Of a stretch of 52,860 nt of DNA, positions 16,387-24,954 are shown piece by piece. Every line of letters starts with the position of its first letter. Position 1 is the first letter of the stretch. The stretch is from the IMG/VR virus record IMGVR_UViG_3300044984_001420, positions 1 through 52,860 of that record. One strand, written 5' to 3'. The notes beneath the pieces are model-generated. The model saw only the letters and a list, made by a program, of their open reading frames with translations. It was not told the DNA's origin and ran no database searches. The translations under genes and the position numbers were made by a program. This DNA comes from a virus (taxonomy: Duplodnaviria > Caudoviricetes).

Positions 16387-17013
16387 ATGGAAATACGATA
16401 TTTCGTAATGACAGATAAAGACGATCAACCGTTGACGCTTTTGCGTCTCAGAATTGATGACACAGCCGAAGAGTTGTATGAAGAAGAGTGGAAAAATGAT
16501 TGGCAAGAATCCAAACGGCTAATGCTGTACATCACTGACGGTGATCCCAGACTGATTGAGATAACAGAGACTGAGGCCCGTGAAACTTTTCCTTCAGCGT
16601 TTTCGGAAGCGACACTAATTTCGAAGGCTGTCGATGAACGCATGTTCACCCTTGGTCCTATGTATATTCCAAACGTGATGGATGCTCATAACGAGTGGAC
16701 GGATCCTGATGAGTTGCAAAAGGCTGTTTGGGATTATGTGCAAAAAGGTGATCGTCGGATTCGTTTGCAGCATGATCGGGATAAGATCGCTGGCGAGTTT
16801 GTTGAGATCATGACTTGGCCTTATGAGGTTGAGGTTCCTATGCTGATGAAAAACGCGACCGAGAAAAAACTTAAGTTCCCGGCTAACACTGTTTTTCTTG
16901 GGGTTGTTTGGGAGCCGTGGGCATGGAAGATGGTAAAGGACGGTAAACTTAGAGGATATTCGATTGGTGGTCGTGCTGAGAGACTCTTGGCGGATCTTCC
17001 TGATGAGGAGTGA
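16387..17013 (+). CDS. XkdF-like prohead serine protease with an extra acidic N-terminal domain
   Basis: K|AVDERMFTLGPMY.P...DAH...L.KA...RLQH...W.MVKDGKLRGYSIGG; the first ~75 aa are unrelated to the protease. Confidence 0.85.
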   Translation: MEIRYFVMTDKDDQPLTLLRLRIDDTAEELYEEEWKNDWQESKRLMLYITDGDPRLIEITETEARETFPSAFSEATLISKAVDERMFTLGPMYIPNVMDAHNEWTDPDELQKAVWDYVQKGDRRIRLQHDRDKIAGEFVEIMTWPYEVEVPMLMKNATEKKLKFPANTVFLGVVWEPWAWKMVKDGKLRGYSIGGRAERLLADLPDEE

Positions 17014-17333
17014 CAGTGTTTCTTTCTAACGATGACGGCAAGCCTTTAACTATTAAGCCACGGACGGTTGTGAAAGCGTCTTACAAGCAAGGCGATTTTG
17101 CTTCGTGGAATAGTAGCGGTGGTATGGCTCGTGGAACTGTTGAACGTATTCTCACTGAAGGCGTGTTGAATATTCCTGATAGCAGTTTCAAGATCAATGC
17201 TGAGGAAGATGATCCTGCTGTTTTGTTGCGCGTTTACCGTAAGTTCGGTGATGGTTGGCGTAAGACCCCTACTTTGGTTGGTCACAAGATGAGTACGTTG
17301 ACAAAGATTGAACCGTTGAAGATCGGTGAATAG
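17010..17333 (+). CDS. head-associated Tudor/SH3-like (DUF2945-like) protein
   Basis: K.GDFASWNSSGG.ARG.VERI...DPA.L.RVY...VGHKMSTL.KI. Confidence 0.65.
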   Translation: MTVFLSNDDGKPLTIKPRTVVKASYKQGDFASWNSSGGMARGTVERILTEGVLNIPDSSFKINAEEDDPAVLLRVYRKFGDGWRKTPTLVGHKMSTLTKIEPLKIGE

Positions 17334-17523
17334 TCAAGAAAAAAGGCTCCCTGATGCTTTGAGGGCGTGGATTGAGCAGTTGCTGGAGCCTGAGATCACC
17401 CGGTTGTTTGATGTGTTTCCTGATGCTCAGATTGATGTTCGTTTGACGGCTTCCAAGGGAAAGGTTCGCCGTACTCCTTCGATCACGATTAATGGTGGTC
17501 CTGTTGAGATGATTGATCCCTAA
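17326..17523 (+). CDS. hypothetical protein
   Basis: Coupled ORF. Confidence 0.55.
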   Translation: MNSQEKRLPDALRAWIEQLLEPEITRLFDVFPDAQIDVRLTASKGKVRRTPSITINGGPVEMIDP

Positions 17524-17570
17524 CCCCCCTGCATTACTAAACCCCGGGTATGCTATACTGGGGTTGTAAG
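17523..17570 (+). promoter_or_regulatory. conserved phage promoter/operator, copy 4
   Basis: ACCCCCCTGCATTACTAAACCCCGGGTATGCTATACTGGGGTTGTAAG. Confidence 0.8.
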
Positions 17571-17584
17571 GGAAAGGGGAAATC

Positions 17585-18736
17585 ATGACAAAACGAGAAA
17601 TCCAAATCGACCCAAGTCTTGATCTGCAAACCACCAAAATCAAAGCCCAAAAAATAGCCGCCCGCGCCTTGAAAAAGGGATTGTCCGGGGGCTACACCAT
17701 CACCACTGAATTGCGTCAAGAAACCAATTCACAAGGTGTCACTTTTGAACAGGCTTACTTGATCATTGAAGGCGAGCCCGCCAAATTCAACGGCTACACT
17801 TTCGTTGCAGTAGTTGAATGGGTAGGCGGAAACCCAGTAGTCACTGGAAGCCCCTACTACTCTGGAAAGCCCGTTGACCGTTCCGTCTTGGTTGAGGGTG
17901 CCTGCGATGACTGCGGAGTCAACCGCAACCGCAAGGCAGTCGTCATCGTTGAAAACGAAAACGGTGACCGTTTACAGGTTGGCAAGCAATGCCTAAAAGA
18001 TTACTTAGGCAACTTTTTAAGCGCCTCATGGTTCAACACCGAAGACGTCTTCGAAGAATTCGCAGGCTACAGCGGTAGTGGTAAAGAATTCAAAAACCTG
18101 TTGAAAACCTTGGCCGCCGCCTCATCCGTCGTTCGTCAACGTGGATGGGTATCAAAAGCAAACGCCCAGTTAAACGAGAAGGTTTCTACCGCTTCACTGG
18201 TCCAACTGGTTTCCTACCCTCGCCCCGGCGGAACTGCCGATGGCAACGAATGGGACGCATTGCGCGACGGTTTCGACGAGGTGGCCGACAATGAGTTTGC
18301 AGCCGCCGCACTGCAGTTCGGAAAATCTTTACAGGCCGGAAGCGATTACGTCGACAACCTGCAAGCGGTCATCGCTCAAGATGCTTTCGATTCCAAATTC
18401 TTTGGACTTGTCGTCTCTCTGGTGGGCGTGTACCAGAACTCATTGGACAAAAAAGCCGAGGAAGCCGCTGACCCAGTAAGTGAAGAAGAGTTCGGTCAGG
18501 TCGGTGAAAAGGTCACAGTCACCTTAAAGGTTGTTTCAGTTCGATCATTCGAGAGCGCTTACGGCGTCAACTTCGTCAACACTTTCACTGGTGAAGGACG
18601 CAGGTTCAAGTGGATCACTGGTTACGGTTTTGAGCAAGGACAAACGGTCACTTTGAAGGGCACCATCAAGAAATATGACGAATACAACGGCAAATTGTTC
18701 ACCGTGTTGACTAGGTGCAAGGAAGTTGCCGCATAA
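17585..18736 (+). CDS. conserved phage protein with Zn-binding CxxC and a C-terminal OB-fold-like domain (moron in the head operon)
   Basis: CDDCG.NRNRK...QVGKQCLKDYLG; C-terminal G.VGEK...V..FES.YG...KW.T...LKGTIK...EYNG...TVLTRCK. Confidence 0.7.
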   Translation: MTKREIQIDPSLDLQTTKIKAQKIAARALKKGLSGGYTITTELRQETNSQGVTFEQAYLIIEGEPAKFNGYTFVAVVEWVGGNPVVTGSPYYSGKPVDRSVLVEGACDDCGVNRNRKAVVIVENENGDRLQVGKQCLKDYLGNFLSASWFNTEDVFEEFAGYSGSGKEFKNLLKTLAAASSVVRQRGWVSKANAQLNEKVSTASLVQLVSYPRPGGTADGNEWDALRDGFDEVADNEFAAAALQFGKSLQAGSDYVDNLQAVIAQDAFDSKFFGLVVSLVGVYQNSLDKKAEEAADPVSEEEFGQVGEKVTVTLKVVSVRSFESAYGVNFVNTFTGEGRRFKWITGYGFEQGQTVTLKGTIKKYDEYNGKLFTVLTRCKEVAA

Positions 18737-18781
18737 ATTGATTTCGGGGTTGGTTGAAACTCCATCCCCCCTCCATGATTG

Positions 18782-18850
18782 TGCTAATCTACAAGTTATC
18801 GAGACCTGCGGGTTGTTGTTTAACGCATAAGGCGTTAAATGATTGCCCGC
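18782..18850 (+). promoter_or_regulatory. promoter (TGcTAATCT) and leader hairpin of the scaffold/capsid operon
   Basis: Stem 18808-18826/18832-18850 upstream of RBS AGGAGG. Confidence 0.5.
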
Positions 18851-18870
18851 TCTTTCATGTAGGAGGATCG

Positions 18871-19686
18871 GTGGGACGACCGGCTCGCAAGATGGTTAAC
18901 CTTTCCATCGAAGAAACGTCGGGTGTTGATCACCCGGCACACTTGCATGAAGGTTGGCTCGTAATGAAAGCCGCCTCGGAGGACGCAGTTGCAGTTGCAC
19001 TCGATAGTGCCGCTGTAGAGATCCCGAGTGAAGATACAGATAAGTCCACCGAGGAGGATGTCGTGGAAGAAACCACAATTGAGAAGGCTGAAAAGCCATC
19101 TTATGAGGATCTAATGATGGCCCTCAAGAAGGCTGAAGAGCGTCTTGTTGAGATGGAAAAAGAAATGAATGGGATGAAGAAGCCCAAAGAAGCGATGGTA
19201 GATGAAGAAGAAGACATGATGAAGTCTGCTCCTGAGTCTGTTCGCAAGGCATTCGAAGATATGCAAAAGGCTGTTGAAGACGCGAAGGCTCAGGCTGACG
19301 TCGCTGAAACAGAATTGCGTAAAGAACGTGGCGAGCGTGCCGATGCAGATGCAATCGTCAAAGCCCGTACTTCTTTCGCATCTCTTGGTCTTGATGCCGA
19401 GCAGGTTGGCCCAGCATTGCGCCGCCTTGCAGATAATGATTCTGATCTTGCTAAGTCCGTCGAGGATGTTTTGACTGCTGCTAACGCAAAAGTTGAGTCC
19501 GCTGACATTTTTAGTGAGATTGGTAAGTCGACTCGTGTAGCGGGTTCGGTTTACGAAAAGGCTGAGGCTATGGCTAAAGCCGCCGTTGTGGACGGGAAGC
19601 ATTCCACAATCGAGCAGGCGTTGACCGATGTGTTTACTTCGGACAGCGATCTGTACAAGTCATATCTCGCCGAGCAGGGAAAGTGA
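18871..19686 (+). CDS. capsid scaffolding protein with an N-terminal protease-like EtSgVDhPA segment
   Basis: GTG after AGGAGG; acidic coiled coil with many K|A and K|S sites; lies before the capsid genes. Confidence 0.8.
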   Translation: MGRPARKMVNLSIEETSGVDHPAHLHEGWLVMKAASEDAVAVALDSAAVEIPSEDTDKSTEEDVVEETTIEKAEKPSYEDLMMALKKAEERLVEMEKEMNGMKKPKEAMVDEEEDMMKSAPESVRKAFEDMQKAVEDAKAQADVAETELRKERGERADADAIVKARTSFASLGLDAEQVGPALRRLADNDSDLAKSVEDVLTAANAKVESADIFSEIGKSTRVAGSVYEKAEAMAKAAVVDGKHSTIEQALTDVFTSDSDLYKSYLAEQGK

Positions 19687-19696
19687 GTGCCTAAAC

Positions 19697-20095
19697 ATGG
19701 CCTACGAATTCAGTAATTACGCAGTAAAGGCCACGCTTGTTGCAGGCGCGGATCTTTCTGAGAAGCAATACCATTTCGTTAAGATTGACAATGGCACCGG
19801 AAGGGCCGTCATTGTTAGTGGAGCAACTGATCGTCCCGTAGGTGTTCTTCAGAACAATCCTACAAGCGGTCAAGAGGCTGAAGTTTTGATCGTTGGTGGC
19901 ACGAAAGTTGCTGCTGGTGGAACTGCTTCCGCTGGTCAGGCGCTTTTTGCTAATGCATCTGGACAGGGTGTAACTCTTGCATACGGAACCACTGGTTCTG
20001 CTGCATTTTCTGTCGGAACATTTATTACCGCCGGGTCCGCAAGTGCAATTGTGACCGCCGTTATCGACTGCGCTGCTGCAAGTCGCGGACTCTAA
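19697..20095 (+). CDS. capsid cement/decoration protein (DUF2190-like)
   Basis: AGADLS..QY.FVK...GVLQN.P..GQ.AEV...G.TKV.AG; position between scaffold and capsid. Confidence 0.8.
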   Translation: MAYEFSNYAVKATLVAGADLSEKQYHFVKIDNGTGRAVIVSGATDRPVGVLQNNPTSGQEAEVLIVGGTKVAAGGTASAGQALFANASGQGVTLAYGTTGSAAFSVGTFITAGSASAIVTAVIDCAAASRGL

Positions 20096-20108
20096 GGAGA
20101 ACTGAAAA

Positions 20109-21086
20109 ATGCCACAACCAACAATCAGCGACGTCCATATTGACGCGATTCTGACGAACATTTCTGTTGCATACATGCAAAAAGCAGAAAACATGATCGC
20201 AGATAAGGTCTTTCCGGTCGTCCCAGTTGATAAGAAGTCAAACAAATATTTTACTTATGACAAGAATGACTGGTTCCGTGACGAAGCACAGCGTCGCGCA
20301 CCGGGCACTGAGTCTGCTGGTGGCGGGTACAACCTGTCCACAACTACCTATTCGGCTGATGTTTTTGCATTCCACAAGGATGTAGACGATCAGACTCTTG
20401 CTAACGCTGATACGCCACTTAACCCGTTGCGTGAGGCTGCAGAGTTTGTGACAAGCCGTTTGCTTCTTCGCCGTGAGGTTCAGTTTATTTCTGACTTCAT
20501 GACGACTGGAGTTTGGGCAACTGACGCCACTGGTGTTAGCGGATCCCCAAGCAGTGGTGAATTCCGTCAGTGGAACGACTACACCAATTCAGATCCGATT
20601 GAGGATATTGAAGAAGCAAAAGAGGATATCCTTTCAACCACGGGTTACGAGGCCAATACTCTTGTTCTTGGTTATCAGTCGTTCCGCCAGTTGAAGAACC
20701 ATCCTGATGTTGTTGACCGCTACAAGTACACAACTTCAAGCGTGATCACTGAGGAAATGTTGGCACGCTTGTTTGGTGTTGATCGTATCCTCGTGGCAAA
20801 GTCAGTTCGGGCAACCAACAATGAAGGTCTCACTCCTGCTTACGGATTCAATTTCGGCAAGAGTGCATGTCTCCTCCACGTTGCACCAAATCCCGGTTTG
20901 ATGACACCTTCCGCTGGTTACATCTTTGCTTGGACCGGCGTTTCGGGTGGGCTTGGTTCCACTATCGGTACTTCACAGTTCCGTATGGAAAGCCTGCGTG
21001 CCGCTCGCATTGAGGCTGAGGTTGCCTTCGACAACAAAGTTGTTGCAAGCGATCTTGGTTATTTCTTTGCTAGTTGCGTGGCTTAA
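20109..21086 (+). CDS. major capsid protein
   Basis: HID..LTNISVAY...IADKVFP.VPV.K; strong RBS TAAGGAG; followed by a terminator. Confidence 0.92.
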   Translation: MPQPTISDVHIDAILTNISVAYMQKAENMIADKVFPVVPVDKKSNKYFTYDKNDWFRDEAQRRAPGTESAGGGYNLSTTTYSADVFAFHKDVDDQTLANADTPLNPLREAAEFVTSRLLLRREVQFISDFMTTGVWATDATGVSGSPSSGEFRQWNDYTNSDPIEDIEEAKEDILSTTGYEANTLVLGYQSFRQLKNHPDVVDRYKYTTSSVITEEMLARLFGVDRILVAKSVRATNNEGLTPAYGFNFGKSACLLHVAPNPGLMTPSAGYIFAWTGVSGGLGSTIGTSQFRMESLRAARIEAEVAFDNKVVASDLGYFFASCVA

Positions 21087-21106
21087 TTTCATAGCATTAC
21101 CCTTGG

Positions 21107-21149
21107 AGGGGGTCGGCGGGTTTGATTCCTGTCGACCCCCTTTATTTTT
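21107..21149 (+). terminator. rho-independent terminator
   Basis: Stem AGGGGGTCGGCGGG/CCTGTCGACCCCCT followed by TTATTTTT. Confidence 0.8.
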
Positions 21150-21160
21150 AGGAGATAGTT

Positions 21161-21571
21161 TTGACTTGGTCTTATAGCGGGAATCCGGCATCATCGGATA
21201 AAGATAAGGTTCGTTTCCTTATTGGTGACACTGACACCACTGATCAGTTGCTCAGTGATGAAGAGATCAATTACACGATTACGGAATCTGGATCCATTTA
21301 TCAGGCTGCTCACGATAGTGCTTACGCGATTGCTTCTACTTTTGCTCGTATGGCATCTAGTAAGAGTGTTGGAGACTTGTCGCTTTCTTACAATGATAGG
21401 GCTACTACTTACTATCAGGTTGCTGATCGCATGTTGCAGTTGCAGGCTAAGCGTCAACCTCCGACGCCTTGGATTAGCCCCGATAATATTATTCGTGCTG
21501 CAGAGAAAACTATTCCTCCCGCGAATGGAACCGAGTTTTACACGGGTCAACAGGATTATTTGAGGCCGTAG
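21161..21571 (+). CDS. head-tail adaptor
   Basis: W.YSG.P....D.VRFLIGDTD....LLSDEEI; position. Confidence 0.8.
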   Translation: MTWSYSGNPASSDKDKVRFLIGDTDTTDQLLSDEEINYTITESGSIYQAAHDSAYAIASTFARMASSKSVGDLSLSYNDRATTYYQVADRMLQLQAKRQPPTPWISPDNIIRAAEKTIPPANGTEFYTGQQDYLRP

Positions 21572-21573
21572 TC

Positions 21574-21906
21574 ATGGGTATTCCTTCTGAGTTTTTACCA
21601 ATGATGCGAGAGACCGTGGTATTGAAGGCTAATACAACGATGGATGCATACGGTAAGCAATCTTTTGCTGCTTCGGGTGTTTCTTATAATGCGCGTCTTA
21701 TTTTTGATGTTCGAATGGTTCGAGATGCTGATGGGCGTGAAGTTGTTCAGGCGGGTAAAGCAATTATTTATGGCGCTGTTGCTTCGTTGAATCCTTCATG
21801 GCAAATAACTTTGCCTGATAATACTAATCCAAAAATTACTTTTGTTGACACGATTCAGGATGAGGATGGGGATCATCATTCTGTTGTTGGGTTTGGTCAA
21901 GGCTGA
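21574..21906 (+). CDS. head closure/stopper protein
   Basis: D.YGK..F motif; position in the neck module. Confidence 0.7.
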   Translation: MGIPSEFLPMMRETVVLKANTTMDAYGKQSFAASGVSYNARLIFDVRMVRDADGREVVQAGKAIIYGAVASLNPSWQITLPDNTNPKITFVDTIQDEDGDHHSVVGFGQG

Positions 21907-22316
21907 TGGCTCGCACTGTGCGGTTGCGTAATCTTGATCGGTTGCAGGCAGCGTTTATTACTGCAGGTAAGGATGCTCCTCGTTTTGCGGCTCGTGCTTT
22001 GTTGGAGGAGACTCAGGAGGCTTTTATTCTTTCTCAGGAGGTTGTCCCTGTTCGTACTGGGGCTTTAGCAACCTCGGGTATGGTAAATGGTCCTTTTGTT
22101 AAGGGCTCAAAAGTGTCAACCAGTATTGAGTATGGTGGGCCCGCTGCAGGTTATGCGATTTTTGTTCATGAGTTGCCTCCTGCTCGTGCTAGTCATGATT
22201 ACCCTACGCGGTGGAAGTTCCTTGAGAATCCGGTAAGGCTTTACGCTGAGGGCATGGGTGATCGTATGACTACTAGAGTTTTAGACATGATTGCTAAAAG
22301 ATTCGAGATGAGTTAA
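21906..22316 (+). CDS. HK97 gp10-like neck protein
   Basis: SQ.VVPV.TG.L..S, YAIFVHE, KFLENP. Confidence 0.85.
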   Translation: MARTVRLRNLDRLQAAFITAGKDAPRFAARALLEETQEAFILSQEVVPVRTGALATSGMVNGPFVKGSKVSTSIEYGGPAAGYAIFVHELPPARASHDYPTRWKFLENPVRLYAEGMGDRMTTRVLDMIAKRFEMS

Positions 22317-22717
22317 TGGCTACTATTTTGGAAGCGGTCGGCGATTATTTAGTTTCTCAGGGTCAGGGGACTTTGGGTACTAACTTGTTTTTGACTGTGA
22401 TGCCGGAGAGTCCTAATGCTTGTGTTGCTGTGTTTGAGAATGCAGGTGGCCGCCCTTCAATGACGATGGGTTCGGCACCGTGGGCTATTGATCGTCCTTT
22501 GATCCAAGTGATTTGTCGGGGTAATAAGAGTGATTATCTTTCGGCTCGTGATAAGGCCGAGACAATAAGGGCTTTGTTGGGGGCTATCACTGATCAAACT
22601 ATTTCTGGTATCAATATTATGCGAATGGAGTCTCAGGGTTCTGTCATCCCTATGGGGGAGGATGAGAATCAACGTCCGATGATATCGATTAATTTCGATT
22701 GCATGGTGAGACCGTGA
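22316..22717 (+). CDS. tail terminator/minor capsid-type protein
   Basis: GT.GTNLF...MPESP...P.IQV..RG...G.DENQR...SINF. Confidence 0.85.
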   Translation: MATILEAVGDYLVSQGQGTLGTNLFLTVMPESPNACVAVFENAGGRPSMTMGSAPWAIDRPLIQVICRGNKSDYLSARDKAETIRALLGAITDQTISGINIMRMESQGSVIPMGEDENQRPMISINFDCMVRP

Positions 22718-22854
22718 CGGATCCTTATGGGAGAAATGTTGTTACAGATGATAGCCCAAGGTGCTGGAGATGCAATAGGGTATTAGCGTTCTTCGTTTCT
22801 CGACCGTGGTCCGTCCAGTGCTCACGGTGTAAAGCGGAGAACCGTAGCCAGTAG
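22714..22854 (+). CDS. Mu Com-like zinc-ribbon protein, 46 aa (not in ORF track)
   Basis: GTGA overlap; RCWRCNRVLA...VQCSRCKAEN matches the Com-type RCxxC...CxRCK..N pattern. Confidence 0.7.
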   Translation: MTDPYGRNVVTDDSPRCWRCNRVLAFFVSRPWSVQCSRCKAENRSQ

Positions 22855-22865
22855 AGAGGTGCCTC

Positions 22866-23120
22866 ATGGATCTTGACGGTGAGTTAGACGTATTGCTGGC
22901 TTCTGAAGTTAAATCTGGAGCAAGTATTTGTACCATGAGTTCTATTTTAAATAGTTTGCCTGAGGATCAGAGAATTAAATTAGAGGCTTTAATTTCTGCT
23001 GAGATTGTTCCTGCACCAAAGATCGCTGAAGTTTTAAATAAGTATGGTTTCATAATTAAACATAAGTCTATTTCGAGGCATCGTCGACGTTTCAGGGGCG
23101 GTGGATGTTTATGCCCATAG
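22866..23120 (+). CDS. hypothetical protein (HTH-like with C...H...CxC)
   Basis: RBS GAGGT; IA.VL...G......SI.RHRR....CLC. Confidence 0.65.
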   Translation: MDLDGELDVLLASEVKSGASICTMSSILNSLPEDQRIKLEALISAEIVPAPKIAEVLNKYGFIIKHKSISRHRRRFRGGGCLCP

Positions 23121-23371
23121 AAAACAACATCATGATCCTTGCTGTAGATGGTCGTATTTGGATTGATAGTTTTTCTTTAATCTCTTACTTGAGAGATGTT
23201 GAAATTCAAGCGGACACTCATTTGAAAATTGCTGAAGATAAAGGTGACTACAAAAAGGCTATTGCCGCTTACTCAGTTGGGGATTCAATAAGGCAAATTG
23301 CCGATGGCCTTGTCCTGACTTCAATGGTCGCTGATGAAACGATTAGGAGTCGACGTGAGTCTCGAAGATGA
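23111..23371 (+). CDS. hypothetical protein
   Basis: Coupled ORF. Confidence 0.55.
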   Translation: MPIENNIMILAVDGRIWIDSFSLISYLRDVEIQADTHLKIAEDKGDYKKAIAAYSVGDSIRQIADGLVLTSMVADETIRSRRESRR

Positions 23372-24548
23372 TTTGAATTCTTTAAGTGATCCGGGTGACA
23401 GAAGTAATTATCGTCAGAGCGTGATGGCTAAACATCCGTCTGGGTGGGAGCCGGGTGTTGCATGGAATGGTGACTCTGGCACTTTAACGTCTCAGCCTCT
23501 TAATGCTGAGCCGAATGACTGGTCTGAGTTGTTGGCGGTGTGGGATTTGGATCCTGAAGTGTTTGAGGTTGTCGAGCCTGTCCAATATAGGGCTTGGGAT
23601 GCACCTAACCCTGAGGGTGGTCTTCGTAGACTGTTTTACTACAGGGCGACGATTAGAAGGCGCGTAGAGTCGCGAGCGTCGGTGGCTGAGTTGTTAGCCG
23701 TGTTAAAGGAGAAGCGTCCCCGTACAGCCTCTTATGAGGCTTCTGAGGATGGTTTTATGTATGTGGTCCCTGCCGGTGATCTCCAGATAGGCAAGCCTGA
23801 TGGGGATGGTAGTGAGGGAACTATCCGCAGGTTTGTTGAGAAAACTGATTTGTCAGTAATTCGCTTGAAGGAACTTCGGCGTCTTAAACGCCCGATTTCG
23901 GGTGTGATGTTGCCGTGGCTGGGTGATTGTATTGAGGGTTTAGTGAGTCAGGGTGGTGCGTTGGCTGCCGCAGGCCGCCTTGATTTGACTATGAGCGAGC
24001 AGTTGAGAGTGTATCGACGCCTCATGCTGTATCAGATTCAGCAGTTCGCTGGTTTGACGGACAGGATTATCGTGCCGGTGGTGCCGGGTAATCATGATGA
24101 GGTACAGAAAGCGGGCAAGGTTGTCCGGCGCTTTGATGATTCTTGGGCCATAGAAGGGGCTGTAGCGGTCGCTGACGCCCTAAAACTGAGTAGTCAATAC
24201 GATCATATATCTTTTGTTTTCCCCGGCGTAGATGAGTTAACAATCACTTTGGACGTTGCCGGTACTCCTGTAGGTTTCGCTCACGGGCATCAGTTCGGCA
24301 GGGATCCCATGAAATGGTGGGCTGGTCAGGCTCACGGAATGCAAGACATCGGTTCAGCGACTCTCCTGTTAGGTGCCCACCTGCACCATTTAAGGATTGA
24401 ACAGGGTGGCGCTAAGACGTTTATCCAGATCCCCGCTATGGATGGTGGTTCAACGTGGTGGCGTCACAAGACAGGTCAGGATGCTCCTGCCGCTATGGTC
24501 TCAATGCTGATCGGTCACGGCGGATGGACTGACTTGGCTATTATGTAA
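23355..24548 (+). CDS. calcineurin-like metallophosphoesterase (Mre11/SbcD-like)
   Basis: GDLQIGK, LGDCIEG, VPGNHDE, AHGH, AHLHH motifs; GTG after AGGAG. Confidence 0.88.
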   Translation: MSLEDDLNSLSDPGDRSNYRQSVMAKHPSGWEPGVAWNGDSGTLTSQPLNAEPNDWSELLAVWDLDPEVFEVVEPVQYRAWDAPNPEGGLRRLFYYRATIRRRVESRASVAELLAVLKEKRPRTASYEASEDGFMYVVPAGDLQIGKPDGDGSEGTIRRFVEKTDLSVIRLKELRRLKRPISGVMLPWLGDCIEGLVSQGGALAAAGRLDLTMSEQLRVYRRLMLYQIQQFAGLTDRIIVPVVPGNHDEVQKAGKVVRRFDDSWAIEGAVAVADALKLSSQYDHISFVFPGVDELTITLDVAGTPVGFAHGHQFGRDPMKWWAGQAHGMQDIGSATLLLGAHLHHLRIEQGGAKTFIQIPAMDGGSTWWRHKTGQDAPAAMVSMLIGHGGWTDLAIM

Positions 24549-24583
24549 TACGGAATAATTCATATTAAAGGGAGGGGCTTGGC

Positions 24584-24805
24584 ATGACTAGTGAAGAGCA
24601 CGCCGATGATGTGCAAGCGACTGTAGAATCCTTAAGGTCAAGAATTTTGGGTATAGGGGCTGATCAATATGATGATGGTTCTGGTGTTCAGCGTTTTGAG
24701 ACTAAGACGCTGGAACATATTCGTGGAGATGCTATTGAGGAAATTGATGACTTGATCGTTTACCTGTGTCAGATACGAATGCGCCTCTTATCACTTTTGT
24801 TGTAA
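24584..24805 (+). CDS. small all-alpha NTP-pyrophosphatase-like protein (putative)
   Basis: G..QY...EEIDDLIVY (EExxD) motif; RBS GGAGG. Confidence 0.5.
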   Translation: MTSEEHADDVQATVESLRSRILGIGADQYDDGSGVQRFETKTLEHIRGDAIEEIDDLIVYLCQIRMRLLSLLL

Positions 24806-24954
24806 GGCGTAAAAACAAACTCCCTGCCTTCCCTTAAATTGCCTTAGACTAAGGATGTAGTAGATCGTGCCCCTAGTGGGTCCAATCCGTCACTACGTCG
24901 TGATCCGAGTGATCCGTGAGGCGGTGCGGATTCGCGCTGCCATCAGGAGGATAA

